From Christensenellaceae bacterium (GTDB lineage: Bacteria; Bacillota; Clostridia; Christensenellales; CAG-138): 64,000 nt of DNA. The notes beneath the pieces are model-generated. The model worked only from the letters and a program-made list of their open reading frames with translations, had not been told where the DNA came from and searched no databases. This document shows, in pieces, positions 18,376 through 27,500 of the stretch. The position numbers and the translations under genes were made by a program. The stretch lies in NCBI GenBank assembly GCA_963665515.1, contig OY762278.1, positions 2,862,414 through 2,926,413 on the forward strand. Direction: 5' to 3'. How positions within the stretch are numbered: the stretch's first letter is position 1; the number at the start of each line of letters is the position of its first letter.

Positions 18376-18798
18376 TCAACTCCCCAGCGTTTGCATTCCA
18401 TAGCTTTCAAGCAGTCCTTGCGTCTGTTCAATGTCGAATTCATGTAAAACAGCGTAAAGAATAGCTGCGTCTCGTCGAATTTGAGGGACAAGCCGCCCGT
18501 TGCGCGACACATCCAGCAGTTCCTGAGTTTGATCCAAATTGAGACCAAAACCGAAGGCAAGTTGTATAACTTTGTCTCTGGACGGCATACGCGTGCCGTT
18601 AAAAAGCTGGTGACCATACGTACGGTTTATACCCGCACACTTAATGATATGCGCTCGTGTTTCGTTCCGTTCAGCACACATCCGCACGATATATTCGTGG
18701 AACGGCGGCGGCGGTACGTCTTTTTTCATGTAACTGTCCAGCGTACCGGTATGCAGTTGTTTCAGCAGGTATTCTGTGTTCCTATTGTGATCATTCAT
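18376..18798 (-). CDS. XRE-type helix-turn-helix protein (HTH-A), paralog of HTH-B
   Basis: Start taken as ATG 18796-18798 (MNDHNRN); the ORF-track start at 18822 is a GTG. Shares NRTYGHQLFNGTRMPSRDKVIQLAFGFGL and RRDAAIL with HTH-B. Confidence 0.7.
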   Translation of the reverse strand: MNDHNRNTEYLLKQLHTGTLDSYMKKDVPPPPFHEYIVRMCAERNETRAHIIKCAGINRTYGHQLFNGTRMPSRDKVIQLAFGFGLNLDQTQELLDVSRNGRLVPQIRRDAAILYAVLHEFDIEQTQGLLESYGMQTLGS

Positions 18799-18851
18799 GA
18801 TTGATTCCCTTAATATTCGCACATGTCCGCACCGCCGCCATATCTTGTGAT

Positions 18852-20942
18852 TTAGCTTTCAAAAGGTAAATTGTAAAGATCGACAACACTCATGCCAAAG
18901 GTTTTCTCAGTAAATTTAACCATCAGATCTACAGGGTATAAGTATATATCCGTAATGCTAGGATTATTGATAGCGATGGTAAAGTATTCTTCTACAGTAA
19001 GTCCATCGCTGCCGCACCAGCCGTCGATGTGTTCGCTTGTATCAACAAAGAACTCATACGAAGCGCCGCTTCCGTTGTTATCGTCTGCCTTTACAAGGAA
19101 TTTTCCTTCGTCATTGAAATAAGTCACAACAACACGGTATTCTTCGCTAAAAGGTGTAAAAAACCTGACGTCGCCGCCTTCATCCCAGTCCCCCCATTCC
19201 GGATTGTAAATCTGAACGGAATAATACTGTTCGGAATGTGATTCATACAAATACGACGCCGTACTCTCATCGGCAAAAAAGCCCAACCCGCTCAACGAGG
19301 ATTTGTCGGCTTCGTTTCCTCCCATGGACAGCGTAAAAATTTCATCCGCGGTCATGCAGAAAACGCTTTCCAGAGCATCGTTATATAAAGCGATCGGTGC
19401 AAAAAGCACATCCTCCGAATCCGTTTCTCCAAGTGTGGCGTTTACCGCGGACTCCACACTTTGTCTATCTTCCGTTTCAAACGTAAATGCCTCGTTTGCC
19501 TGATCATAAAAATAGTTCGCTAAAATTTCGGCGTCTCTGCTTATACCAAAAGCATACGTCTGACTGTCCGGATAGTAGCCAACAATCAGGCGATTGCCGC
19601 TGTCCGTTAGCCAATATATCGTTATGGCGTCCACTTCCAATTCAAGACCTTCCGGTGTTTCACCCCACGCGGTGTGATTGATTGCTATGGACATCGTGTC
19701 ATCACCGTAATTGGCTATATGCGCGTTATCGTCCATCACAAATCCCAGTTCCGCAAGCGAGGACGCAGATGCATCGGCCTTTTCCCTTGGCAAATTATAC
19801 AGTATGTCGGCCGAAGCGCTAAAGGTGTCCGTTAAAACTTTGCTGAAATCTTTGATCGGCGTCAGCACAGGATACGGATCAACCTCGTCATACGCTACGC
19901 TCATAAACGCATCAACATCTCCTCTGCTATACTCCATATCTATTTGTTCGTTTTGGGTATCATATGTGTATCGGAAGTCTTGCGTGTTACTGGTCACGAG
20001 ATAGCTCCTGTTTTCAGGATAGTAAATGATTATGATCTCGTTTTCGGCCCCATAATTCTTGCACAGTTTGACCGCGTTTATATCATCACGATTCTCCAGC
20101 TCTCCCCACTCCGCATGATGCACCTGTACGATTATTTCGTCGGATTTGTAACTTTCCACCTGCGGTTGGTTGTCAATCGGAGCAAATCCCAACTCGCGAA
20201 GCGACGACACGATTGCGAAGTCAGCCTCTTCAAGATTCGGGTATATATTTGCGAGCGGCGAATAATCGGTAATTGGACATCCTTCCAGCTGCAGCTTTTT
20301 GAGATTAACCAAGCCCGCAAGCGGCGAAACGTCGCTCACCGAAGTGTTTGACAAGCCAAGCCACCATAACTGGGTTAAGCCGGAAAGCATACTCGCGTCG
20401 CTGATCGTTGAATGATCCATCAAAAGTCCGCCCAACATGGTCAGGTTTGCAAGAGGTGTGTAGTCCTGTGCCTGACAGTTAAACAGTGTCAGCCAGCCAA
20501 GATTTGTTAATCCCGACAGGGGCGTTATGTCCGCAATTGGATTCCCACCGAGACTGAGGGAGTGGAGTTTTGTAAGCCCGGCGAGCGGCGTTATGTCGGT
20601 GACGGCATGAAAATGCAATTCAAGGTTTTCGAGGTTTGTAAAATACTCTAATCCGCTGAGGTCCGTGATGATCGTTCCTTCTTCCGGTTCACTCGGCGTG
20701 TAATCCGTGCTCAGCCGTAGTTCCGTCACAGCTTCCGCTTCAGAAATGGTGATGTCTCCCTCCGGTTTGTTCATTGCCTCGCGCACGCGCGATTCCAGAA
20801 CGGGATCGGCAAACGCAACAATTTCCGGCGATTCCTGTTCCGGTCCGGACGTTGTTTCCGTATCCGTCGCGGCAGGATTGGCACATGCCGCCAGCATAAC
20901 CGCAAACATGACTGCCACCATCAAACACAGTGTCTTTTTCAT
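18852..20942 (-). CDS. Surface lipoprotein with an N-terminal internalin-like LRR domain and three tandem copies of an unassigned ~150-aa domain
   Basis: 696 aa. Signal peptide plus lipobox (VMLAAC). LRRs such as LENLELHFHAVTDITPLAGLTKLHSLSLGGNPIADITPLSGLTNL. GGAGGAGG RBS. Confidence 0.8.
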   Translation of the reverse strand: MKKTLCLMVAVMFAVMLAACANPAATDTETTSGPEQESPEIVAFADPVLESRVREAMNKPEGDITISEAEAVTELRLSTDYTPSEPEEGTIITDLSGLEYFTNLENLELHFHAVTDITPLAGLTKLHSLSLGGNPIADITPLSGLTNLGWLTLFNCQAQDYTPLANLTMLGGLLMDHSTISDASMLSGLTQLWWLGLSNTSVSDVSPLAGLVNLKKLQLEGCPITDYSPLANIYPNLEEADFAIVSSLRELGFAPIDNQPQVESYKSDEIIVQVHHAEWGELENRDDINAVKLCKNYGAENEIIIIYYPENRSYLVTSNTQDFRYTYDTQNEQIDMEYSRGDVDAFMSVAYDEVDPYPVLTPIKDFSKVLTDTFSASADILYNLPREKADASASSLAELGFVMDDNAHIANYGDDTMSIAINHTAWGETPEGLELEVDAITIYWLTDSGNRLIVGYYPDSQTYAFGISRDAEILANYFYDQANEAFTFETEDRQSVESAVNATLGETDSEDVLFAPIALYNDALESVFCMTADEIFTLSMGGNEADKSSLSGLGFFADESTASYLYESHSEQYYSVQIYNPEWGDWDEGGDVRFFTPFSEEYRVVVTYFNDEGKFLVKADDNNGSGASYEFFVDTSEHIDGWCGSDGLTVEEYFTIAINNPSITDIYLYPVDLMVKFTEKTFGMSVVDLYNLPFES
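18855..20207 (-). repeat. Three tandem protein-level repeats (residues ~246-393, 394-547, 548-696) within the lipoprotein
   Basis: Each unit starts SSL(R/A/S)(E/G)LGF, has an aromatic-rich core with (A/P)(E/W)WG(E/D), and ends ...(D/E)(I/L)(L/F/Y).L(P/S). Divergent at the DNA level. Confidence 0.7.
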
Positions 20943-21254
20943 AATGCCTCCTCCATTTATTACAGGTTTATTTCATTGTTTATGACAAAAAGAATAGACG
21001 TTTGTAGCTGAAGCTCACCGGTATGTATATGGGCGTAATATCCCTGTTTGTCTGATCGAAACCTTTCTTTTGTTTGCATCGGTTAAATTGTATTGGTTGG
21101 TGTATGAATTTATCAGAGAATGTCAGGAGAGCGCTCATTTTAAAATTATACTAACACGTCTGGCAGCGGATATGGTGTGCAGCCTGCATACATTTTCGAA
21201 TTTCGAACAGGCCCTGGCAGCTGACTTACCTTAGCGTTGTAGCGACATTTTGGT

Positions 21255-21291
21255 GCTTATTCAGCCCCGAAATGTCGGGGCAGCTTTTTTT
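21255..21291 (+). terminator. Orphan plus-strand intrinsic terminator inside the 630-bp non-coding region
   Basis: Stem GCCCCGA / TCGGGGC (21264-21281), extendable by GCT/AGC, followed by T7 on the + strand. No + strand ORF of 60 aa or more precedes it. Confidence 0.6.
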
Positions 21292-21546
21292 AATCTTTTA
21301 CGTTTACCAAAATTCCCTGCTGGCGTTGTTTCTTTGGGGGCTAGATTTAGATTGGTGAAAAGAATAAGAATTTTGACGCGCGATCAAATGTAAATATCGA
21401 CAATAGTTTGACAATCAAGTTTTGCGATGTGTATAGGAAAGTTTGTCCTCATAGTAACAACATTGTCTTCTTTTGGGCTGGCAAGCGTATTATTATTCCA
21501 ATACGAAGCACATTAAAGTCAAATATTCAATTCGCAAATAGTCCAT

Positions 21547-21577
21547 ATAAAAAAAGGCTCTGACAATTGTCAGAGCC
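21547..21577 (-). terminator. Intrinsic terminator immediately 3' of tRNA-Ala
   Basis: Perfect 22-nt palindrome GGCTCTGACAATTGTCAGAGCC (21556-21577) followed on the minus strand by U7. Confidence 0.85.
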
Positions 21578-21653
21578 TGGTGGAGCATGGGGGATTCGAA
21601 CCCCCGACCTCAACATTGCGAACGTTGCGCGCTACCAACTGTGCTAATGCCCC
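21578..21653 (-). tRNA. tRNA-Ala (anticodon CGC), CCA encoded
   Basis: Minus strand reads GGGGCATTAGCACAGTTGGTAGCGCGCAACGTTCGCAATGTTGAGGTCGGGGGTTCGAATCCCCCATGCTCCACCA. It has a 7-bp acceptor stem with the Ala-identity G3:U70 pair, anticodon loop TTCGCAA, and T-loop GGTTCGAATCC. Confidence 0.9.
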
Positions 21654-21801
21654 AAGCCGCTTGATTATGATACAACAAGCCCTATCAAAATGCAAGGGCT
21701 TTTCATCAAAAACTTCGATATGATTTTCGCCATAGTTTTGGATACACAAAGAAGACGCACGGGCGTCTAAAATCGTCATAAAGCCGTCGATTCGTCATAG
21801 A

Positions 21802-22659
21802 TTATCTTCGACCACGGTCGTTTGTCGGGCGAAGCACCTGCATATGCGGGCGGCTATCGTGCTGCGATGCTTCGTTCTTAGGGTCCTCGCCATTGCGCAA
21901 CTGATTGATCAATGCATATGCTTCTGCAAACGTATCTGCAAGGCGGTCCGCTATCTGCGGCGGTATACTTGCCTGCTGCGGCGGCTCAGGAGACTGTTGC
22001 CTTACATATGTCTCGCGTACCGGCGTATGATCGCTCTCAGCGCGGCCTTCTACCGTCGCCATGTATGCATAGTTCCTCGCCTCGTCGCGCTCGGCAGTCA
22101 GGCGCATACTTTCCGCACGCAGTCGGCTGATCTCTTCGCGCATATGCGCGTTTTCGTCCACAAGATGTGCGCGCTCCTTTTTCCATGTCTCTCCGACGCT
22201 GGCTGCCTGAGACAGCGCGTTTCTTAGTTGCTGAACCTCGCGCTCAAGCGTCTGCACGCGTTCGTTTGCCACACGAACGCCGTCCACCGCGCCACGCAAC
22301 CGTTCATAACCTTGCCGCTCGCTCTCGTACTTTTTAATATGCGTAAGCAGCGTAGCGATCTTTTCACCCGCAGCGTTCAATTCAGCTTCTTTTTGTGAAA
22401 TTGTTTCTTTAAGCGTATTCACCGCACAGTTGCGCGCTTCGACTTCGCTTTTAATGGATTCAATCTGATCAAGCAGGGATTCCTGCTCCTGCCTTGCCGC
22501 CTTCGTCTGCTGGGCGGAAGCCATCTTCATTTCATCCAGGCATTCGCGCACTTCATCCGGGTCGTAGCCGTGCAGCACGCGGTGAAAGCGCGCGTCCGCA
22601 TCCATGCGGCTGCGCAGCGCGTCCACGCCTCTATTTCGGTTGTCCCGTTCGCTGCCCAT
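21802..22659 (-). CDS. DivIVA-domain coiled-coil protein
   Basis: 285 aa. N-terminal F.RVLHGYDPDEVRECLDEM matches the DivIVA-type F..x.RGYdxxEVdxFL motif, followed by a long heptad-rich region. The start overlaps the DUF192 stop (TAATG). Confidence 0.65.
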   Translation of the reverse strand: MGSERDNRNRGVDALRSRMDADARFHRVLHGYDPDEVRECLDEMKMASAQQTKAARQEQESLLDQIESIKSEVEARNCAVNTLKETISQKEAELNAAGEKIATLLTHIKKYESERQGYERLRGAVDGVRVANERVQTLEREVQQLRNALSQAASVGETWKKERAHLVDENAHMREEISRLRAESMRLTAERDEARNYAYMATVEGRAESDHTPVRETYVRQQSPEPPQQASIPPQIADRLADTFAEAYALINQLRNGEDPKNEASQHDSRPHMQVLRPTNDRGRR

Positions 22660-22997
22660 TACACTACCTCCAGTCGGTCTCCTTTGTGTATGCCTTTTGT
22701 GCTTGCAGTTCCCGCTTGTAGCTCCAGTACGCTCCTTGCGCCTCGCTGTCCCGGCCAGGCTTTCCCTTGCGGCAACGCTTCGTCCACGCGCAGCACATAG
22801 CCTGCTTTGTCCAGATAGACCGCATCGATCGCATATGCCATCCCGAACGTATGAATGCTGCTGCAGGGCGTTAAAATCAGCCCTTCGTCTTTATGCAGTT
22901 CCCGTCCGAGCAATCCACGCAATCGGAGAAAATAGCGATTGGCATTCATTGCCCTTATAAGTGTTTCTCCATCCTTTTTGATCGCGACCGTATTCAT
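22659..22997 (-). CDS. DUF192-family protein
   Basis: 112 aa. RLRGLLGR......GLIL.PC.SIHTFGM...IDAV.LD pattern is typical of DUF192. Confidence 0.7.
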   Translation of the reverse strand: MNTVAIKKDGETLIRAMNANRYFLRLRGLLGRELHKDEGLILTPCSSIHTFGMAYAIDAVYLDKAGYVLRVDEALPQGKAWPGQRGARSVLELQAGTASTKGIHKGDRLEVV

Positions 22998-23047
22998 TTT
23001 CCTAAATCCTTTTCATCTTCCTTGCCATTTTTAAATTACTTCATGTA

Positions 23048-23983
23048 TTACCTAAACGTAGCTATCAGGTTGACCGCAGCGGGTCCCAGCAGAATGATGA
23101 AAATAACCGGAAAGATGAACATAACCGTTGGTAACATGATTTTAATCGGTGCTTTTGCAGCCTTCGCCTGAATACGCTGTTTGCGCTCGACGCGTAACCG
23201 CTCGGATTGTGTGCTGAGTACGCTTTTAACCGACACGCCGAGTTGTTCTGCCTGTAATAAAGCGGTAACGAACGCTGAAAGCTGTTTAACATCGCAACGA
23301 TCTGCCATTTCCTTCAGCGCAACCTTGCGCGGAACACCCATCTGCACTTCCTTAATCGCGCTGTTGAGTTCCGATAAAACGACAGATTTATTTTTAGAAT
23401 ACTGTCTGACAATAGCAGCGTCAAGACCCAAACCGGCTTCTACACTAACTACCAGTAAATCCATCACATCGGGCAGGTCACGCACTATCATTCCCTTTCT
23501 GCGTTTAACCCGGCCCCTTAAGTAATAGGTAGCCCCAAAGACCGGAATGCAGACCATTACAAGCATGATTAGAACTTTGAATATCTGATCGATCGGCAGT
23601 ACGAAATAGAGAATTGCCGCGCCTGCGAGAAAAATCAAAGCAAGCATGCTTTTGATAAACGAAAACTCCTGAACGCTCAAATTGACCCCGGCGCTTTTCA
23701 GTTGTTTTCCGAGCTTTACATTTGATTTGCTTGGCCCGGGAGAACGACTCTTACCGGCAAGCCGTTTGACACGTTCGGAAATTTTTTTGACAGTTGGGCG
23801 CAGAACACGTTCCGAGAACGATTTTTTTAGTTCGTCATCGCTATAGGAGCGTTCCGTATCCTTTACTTGCGCATAGCGGCGCCGCATTGCGTCGCCTTTA
23901 CGACCGAGACCGTTAAGCAATGCAATGAAGATAAAAAATACTGCTGCGGTACACGCAAGCACTACCAGCCGCATCAAAAACAC
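23048..23983 (-). CDS. tadC: Tad pilus inner-membrane platform protein TadC (type II secretion F family)
   Basis: 311 aa, polytopic, with a T2SSF-like cytoplasmic domain. Sits after tadB and cpaF. Confidence 0.8.
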   Translation of the reverse strand: MFLMRLVVLACTAAVFFIFIALLNGLGRKGDAMRRRYAQVKDTERSYSDDELKKSFSERVLRPTVKKISERVKRLAGKSRSPGPSKSNVKLGKQLKSAGVNLSVQEFSFIKSMLALIFLAGAAILYFVLPIDQIFKVLIMLVMVCIPVFGATYYLRGRVKRRKGMIVRDLPDVMDLLVVSVEAGLGLDAAIVRQYSKNKSVVLSELNSAIKEVQMGVPRKVALKEMADRCDVKQLSAFVTALLQAEQLGVSVKSVLSTQSERLRVERKQRIQAKAAKAPIKIMLPTVMFIFPVIFIILLGPAAVNLIATFR

Positions 23984-24065
23984 TCCTTTCCAATTCTGTT
24001 GCCCCTACGTGTTGGGTTTTACTTTGGGTTAATTTCAATGCGTGCTTTCACTGCAAGCACGGTTG

Positions 24066-24995
24066 CTACATCTTTATATTCACAATCTTGCGGACAATCA
24101 AGAATCCAATTGTTTCAAGCACGACCGAAATGATCAGCATGATGCGACCTTCTTGTGTCGTAAAAAACATGTCGATATAGCCAGGGTTAATAAACATCAG
24201 CAGGACAATAATGAAAATCGGCAGCGCTCCGACAATGTATCCGCTGAGCATTCCTGCGGCGGTTAGGGTTTTCACCTCTCCGCGCAATTGAATTCGTTGA
24301 TTGATCGTATCGGATATATTCTCCAGAATAATCGCAAGGTTGCCGCCAATCTGCCGTTGAATAACAACAGCCGAGCACATTAAATCCAAGTCCTGGTTCT
24401 TCGTCCGCTCAACAAGACGATTCAGGCTTTGTTCCAACGGCATTCCGAGTTGCGTCTCGCGATACACGCGCATGAATTCACGTGAAATTGGTTCTTCCAT
24501 CTCCTCTGCCACATTCTTCAACGCTGTTTGAAACGAGAGGCCTGCGCGCAATGCGTTGCAGATAATGTTCATCGCATCGGATAATTGCTTACCCAACATA
24601 CCCAGTCGGCGGTTGCGCTTGATGACCACAAATCCGATCGGTGCGGCAGCACCAACGATTACCAGACCGATAGATAGGCTCATCGGCGCGCCAAGGAACA
24701 AAGCGGAAGCTGGTATAACTGCGCTAGAAATTACCCAAATCGTGATGAATTCTTCAGCGCGAAGCGCGATGCCTGCGACATAAAGTTCATCTGCAATTTT
24801 ATCTAACCTGTGTAGGCGGGCGCGATTGTTTTTTGTTCGGCTTTTTCGAGTTCTCGTGGTTTCCAGGTTTGTATCGAAAAACGACCGCACTCGTTTTTCC
24901 AAAGCTCGTTCATGTTTCGTGTAAAGCATTGCAACGATATAAAACATAAAATATGCCGCACAAGCAAATACGATGATTAAAATCGTTCTGATCAT
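24066..24995 (-). CDS. tadB: Tad pilus inner-membrane platform protein TadB (type II secretion F family)
   Basis: 309 aa, T2SSF-like. Directly downstream of the CpaF ATPase. Confidence 0.8.
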   Translation of the reverse strand: MIRTILIIVFACAAYFMFYIVAMLYTKHERALEKRVRSFFDTNLETTRTRKSRTKNNRARLHRLDKIADELYVAGIALRAEEFITIWVISSAVIPASALFLGAPMSLSIGLVIVGAAAPIGFVVIKRNRRLGMLGKQLSDAMNIICNALRAGLSFQTALKNVAEEMEEPISREFMRVYRETQLGMPLEQSLNRLVERTKNQDLDLMCSAVVIQRQIGGNLAIILENISDTINQRIQLRGEVKTLTAAGMLSGYIVGALPIFIIVLLMFINPGYIDMFFTTQEGRIMLIISVVLETIGFLIVRKIVNIKM

Positions 24996-25049
24996 TCGAA
25001 TCCCCGCCTCCTTTCCTGTCTGTCATATTAAAAGTCCATATTTACTTGG

Positions 25050-26357
25050 TCATACAAACCATTCATCTTTAACACCTGCGCCGCCCGCAGAGAGCTTATC
25101 GCAGCAGTGCGGTTTGATTCCGGTTGGTTTAAAGCGCCCTTGTGTGCGTCCGTCGCCTAGATCGAATTTGAAAATTTCCTGGGTAACGATCACGTCGCCT
25201 TCCATGCCAAGCACTTCGCTGATGCTGGTCACTTTGCGTGTGCCGTCGCGCATACGTGACTGCTGAACAATGATGTCGATTGCAGACGCAATCTGCTGAC
25301 GGATTGCCGGTATCGGCAAGTTCATACCCGCCATGAGCACCATGGTTTCCAGCCGGGACAACATGTCGCGCGTTGAGTTTGCATGTCCCGTTGTCATGGA
25401 TCCGTCATGTCCTGTGTTCATCGCCTGCAACATGTCCAGTGCTTCGCCGCCGCGCACCTCGCCGACGACAATACGATCGGGACGCATACGCAAAGCATTT
25501 CGCACAAGGTCGCGGATCGCAATCTGCCCCGTTCCTTCAAGATTTGCCGGGCGGGACTCCAGAGTTAACACGTGTTGCTGTTGCAGTTGAATTTCGGCAG
25601 CGTCCTCAATTGTAATGATGCGCTCATTATGCGGAATGTAGGCCGAGAGCACATTCAGAAGCGTCGTTTTGCCACTGCCGGTTCCGCCGGAAATAACGAC
25701 GTTCAGTCGTCCTTTTACGCAGGCCTCGAGGAACGAAGCCATTTTAAAAGTCAAGCTGCCGAAACTGATCAGGTTTTCAACGGTCAGTGGGCTCTTTGAA
25801 AATTTACGTATCGTCAGCAGCGGTCCTTTGAGCGAAAGCGGCGGAATTACTGCATTGACACGCGAACCGTCGGCAAGACGTGCGTCCACCATTGGGTTTG
25901 CTTCATCGATGTGACGGCCAAGCGGGGATACGATTCGATCAATGACGTTGAGCAGCTGTTCGTCGTCAAAAAACGTTACGTCGCTCAAAACGAGTTTGCC
26001 CTTACGCTCAATAAACACCTGCTTTGCGCCGTTGACCATGATTTCGCTGATGGAATCGTCCATCAACAGTCGTTCCAGTGGGCCAAGACCGCGAATTGAA
26101 TCATAGATCTCCCCCGCAATTCGCATGCGCTCCGGGCGAGCCATGTTCGCCGCCTGTGTCTCCAATACGGCCTCGATAATCGCGCGCGTATCCGCTTCGT
26201 TCGTAACGCCGCCGTGCTTCTCCTCACGCTTGTTGAGCATTTCGACGGCAGTAAGATGTACACGGTCACGAAGTGCGGAAAGCTCATCGATTTCCGCCGA
26301 GGCCGCCGCAGTGGCTGCCGCCAGTGTTTTTTTGTCAAGCCGTTCCAGCAGTCCCAC
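25050..26357 (-). CDS. cpaF: CpaF/TadA secretion ATPase
   Basis: 435 aa. Walker A GGTGSGKTTLLN, Asp/His boxes (ITIEDAAE, GHDGSMTTGHANS) of the VirB11/CpaF family. Confidence 0.9.
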   Translation of the reverse strand: MGLLERLDKKTLAAATAAASAEIDELSALRDRVHLTAVEMLNKREEKHGGVTNEADTRAIIEAVLETQAANMARPERMRIAGEIYDSIRGLGPLERLLMDDSISEIMVNGAKQVFIERKGKLVLSDVTFFDDEQLLNVIDRIVSPLGRHIDEANPMVDARLADGSRVNAVIPPLSLKGPLLTIRKFSKSPLTVENLISFGSLTFKMASFLEACVKGRLNVVISGGTGSGKTTLLNVLSAYIPHNERIITIEDAAEIQLQQQHVLTLESRPANLEGTGQIAIRDLVRNALRMRPDRIVVGEVRGGEALDMLQAMNTGHDGSMTTGHANSTRDMLSRLETMVLMAGMNLPIPAIRQQIASAIDIIVQQSRMRDGTRKVTSISEVLGMEGDVIVTQEIFKFDLGDGRTQGRFKPTGIKPHCCDKLSAGGAGVKDEWFV

Positions 26358-26360
26358 GCG

Positions 26361-27488
26361 TTATGCCCTCCTCGTTAAAAATTTTGCATACTTTAAAATT
26401 GCACCCGACGCCTTTGATCGCGGCGCACAGGAAATCATCGGAATCCCGCGATTGATTGCGGTGACGGCGGCTTTCGGATCGTTTGGAATCACCAGTGCCG
26501 GTGAACAATCCAAAAGATTCGCAACGTCTTTGATCTTAATGTTGCTCATTCCATCGCGATTGACGACAACTTTAATCTTGTCGCCAAGGTTCAGCGCTTC
26601 CAGTATCTTCATGCTGCGCTTTGCGTCATGAAGCGTAGCAATATCTTCATTCACAACGAAATAGATCGTGTCCGTCATTTCAAAGGCGGCGACCGAGCAA
26701 TCGTTGAGCGTTACGCCCATATCAAGGACGATATAGTCAAATTCCGTGCGAAGCGTTGAAAGTATCGTCTCTATATGCTCCGGCTTGACCAACTCTGCAT
26801 ACTCCGGTGAGCTGCTTGCAAGAAGCACCATAACACCGCTGTAGTGTCGAATTAAGTATGTCTTGAGCGTTGCCAGTTCAAAGTTGTTTTCTTCAACCAT
26901 GTCTGCAAGCGTATCACCCTTTGGTATGTCAAGGAAAACACCTATATCGCCAAACTGGAGGTTCAGGTCGATCAAAGCTACCTTTTTGTTTTGCGCGGCA
27001 AGTGCGCAGGCCATGTTGACCGCAAGCGTTGATTTCCCAACGCCGCCTTTTGCCGAGAAAAACTGAATGATTCGCGAATCATAGGTCGCAATTTTTGCAA
27101 TGCTGCTACGGCGATATTGATCACGGCTTGCGGATGTGATGATGGCGGTCTTGATTTCGTCGACCGGGCTGTTCATGTCGATCACGCGAGCAATACCGCA
27201 TTCCATCGCCTGCATAACGTCTTCCGGCGAAGGTTTCGGCGTCATGAGCAGGATCGTCACATCGCTGCGGCTTGTATACATGCGTTCTGCAAAGTCGAAC
27301 TCGACTTCCGGAATAGCCGTTGTGCATAGCAACAGCACATCAGCAGGCTGTGTACCCGCTTTCTTCAGGCCGTCCTTGTCGGGTTTCAGGGAGCAGACGA
27401 TGCGGAGCGCTTCATCCTGCAACAAGCCGGCCGCTGTTCTTTTGTCATCCGCGGCAAATGCCGCAAGCATGATTCGTACGCTATCCAT
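26361..27488 (-). CDS. cpaE: CpaE/TadZ-like pilus assembly ATPase (receiver-like N-domain plus ParA/MinD ATPase)
   Basis: 375 aa. Deviant Walker A FFSAKGGVGKST. N-terminal CheY-like fold region. Confidence 0.8.
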   Translation of the reverse strand: MDSVRIMLAAFAADDKRTAAGLLQDEALRIVCSLKPDKDGLKKAGTQPADVLLLCTTAIPEVEFDFAERMYTSRSDVTILLMTPKPSPEDVMQAMECGIARVIDMNSPVDEIKTAIITSASRDQYRRSSIAKIATYDSRIIQFFSAKGGVGKSTLAVNMACALAAQNKKVALIDLNLQFGDIGVFLDIPKGDTLADMVEENNFELATLKTYLIRHYSGVMVLLASSSPEYAELVKPEHIETILSTLRTEFDYIVLDMGVTLNDCSVAAFEMTDTIYFVVNEDIATLHDAKRSMKILEALNLGDKIKVVVNRDGMSNIKIKDVANLLDCSPALVIPNDPKAAVTAINRGIPMISCAPRSKASGAILKYAKFLTRRA

Positions 27489-27500
27489 CTTTCGTCCCCT

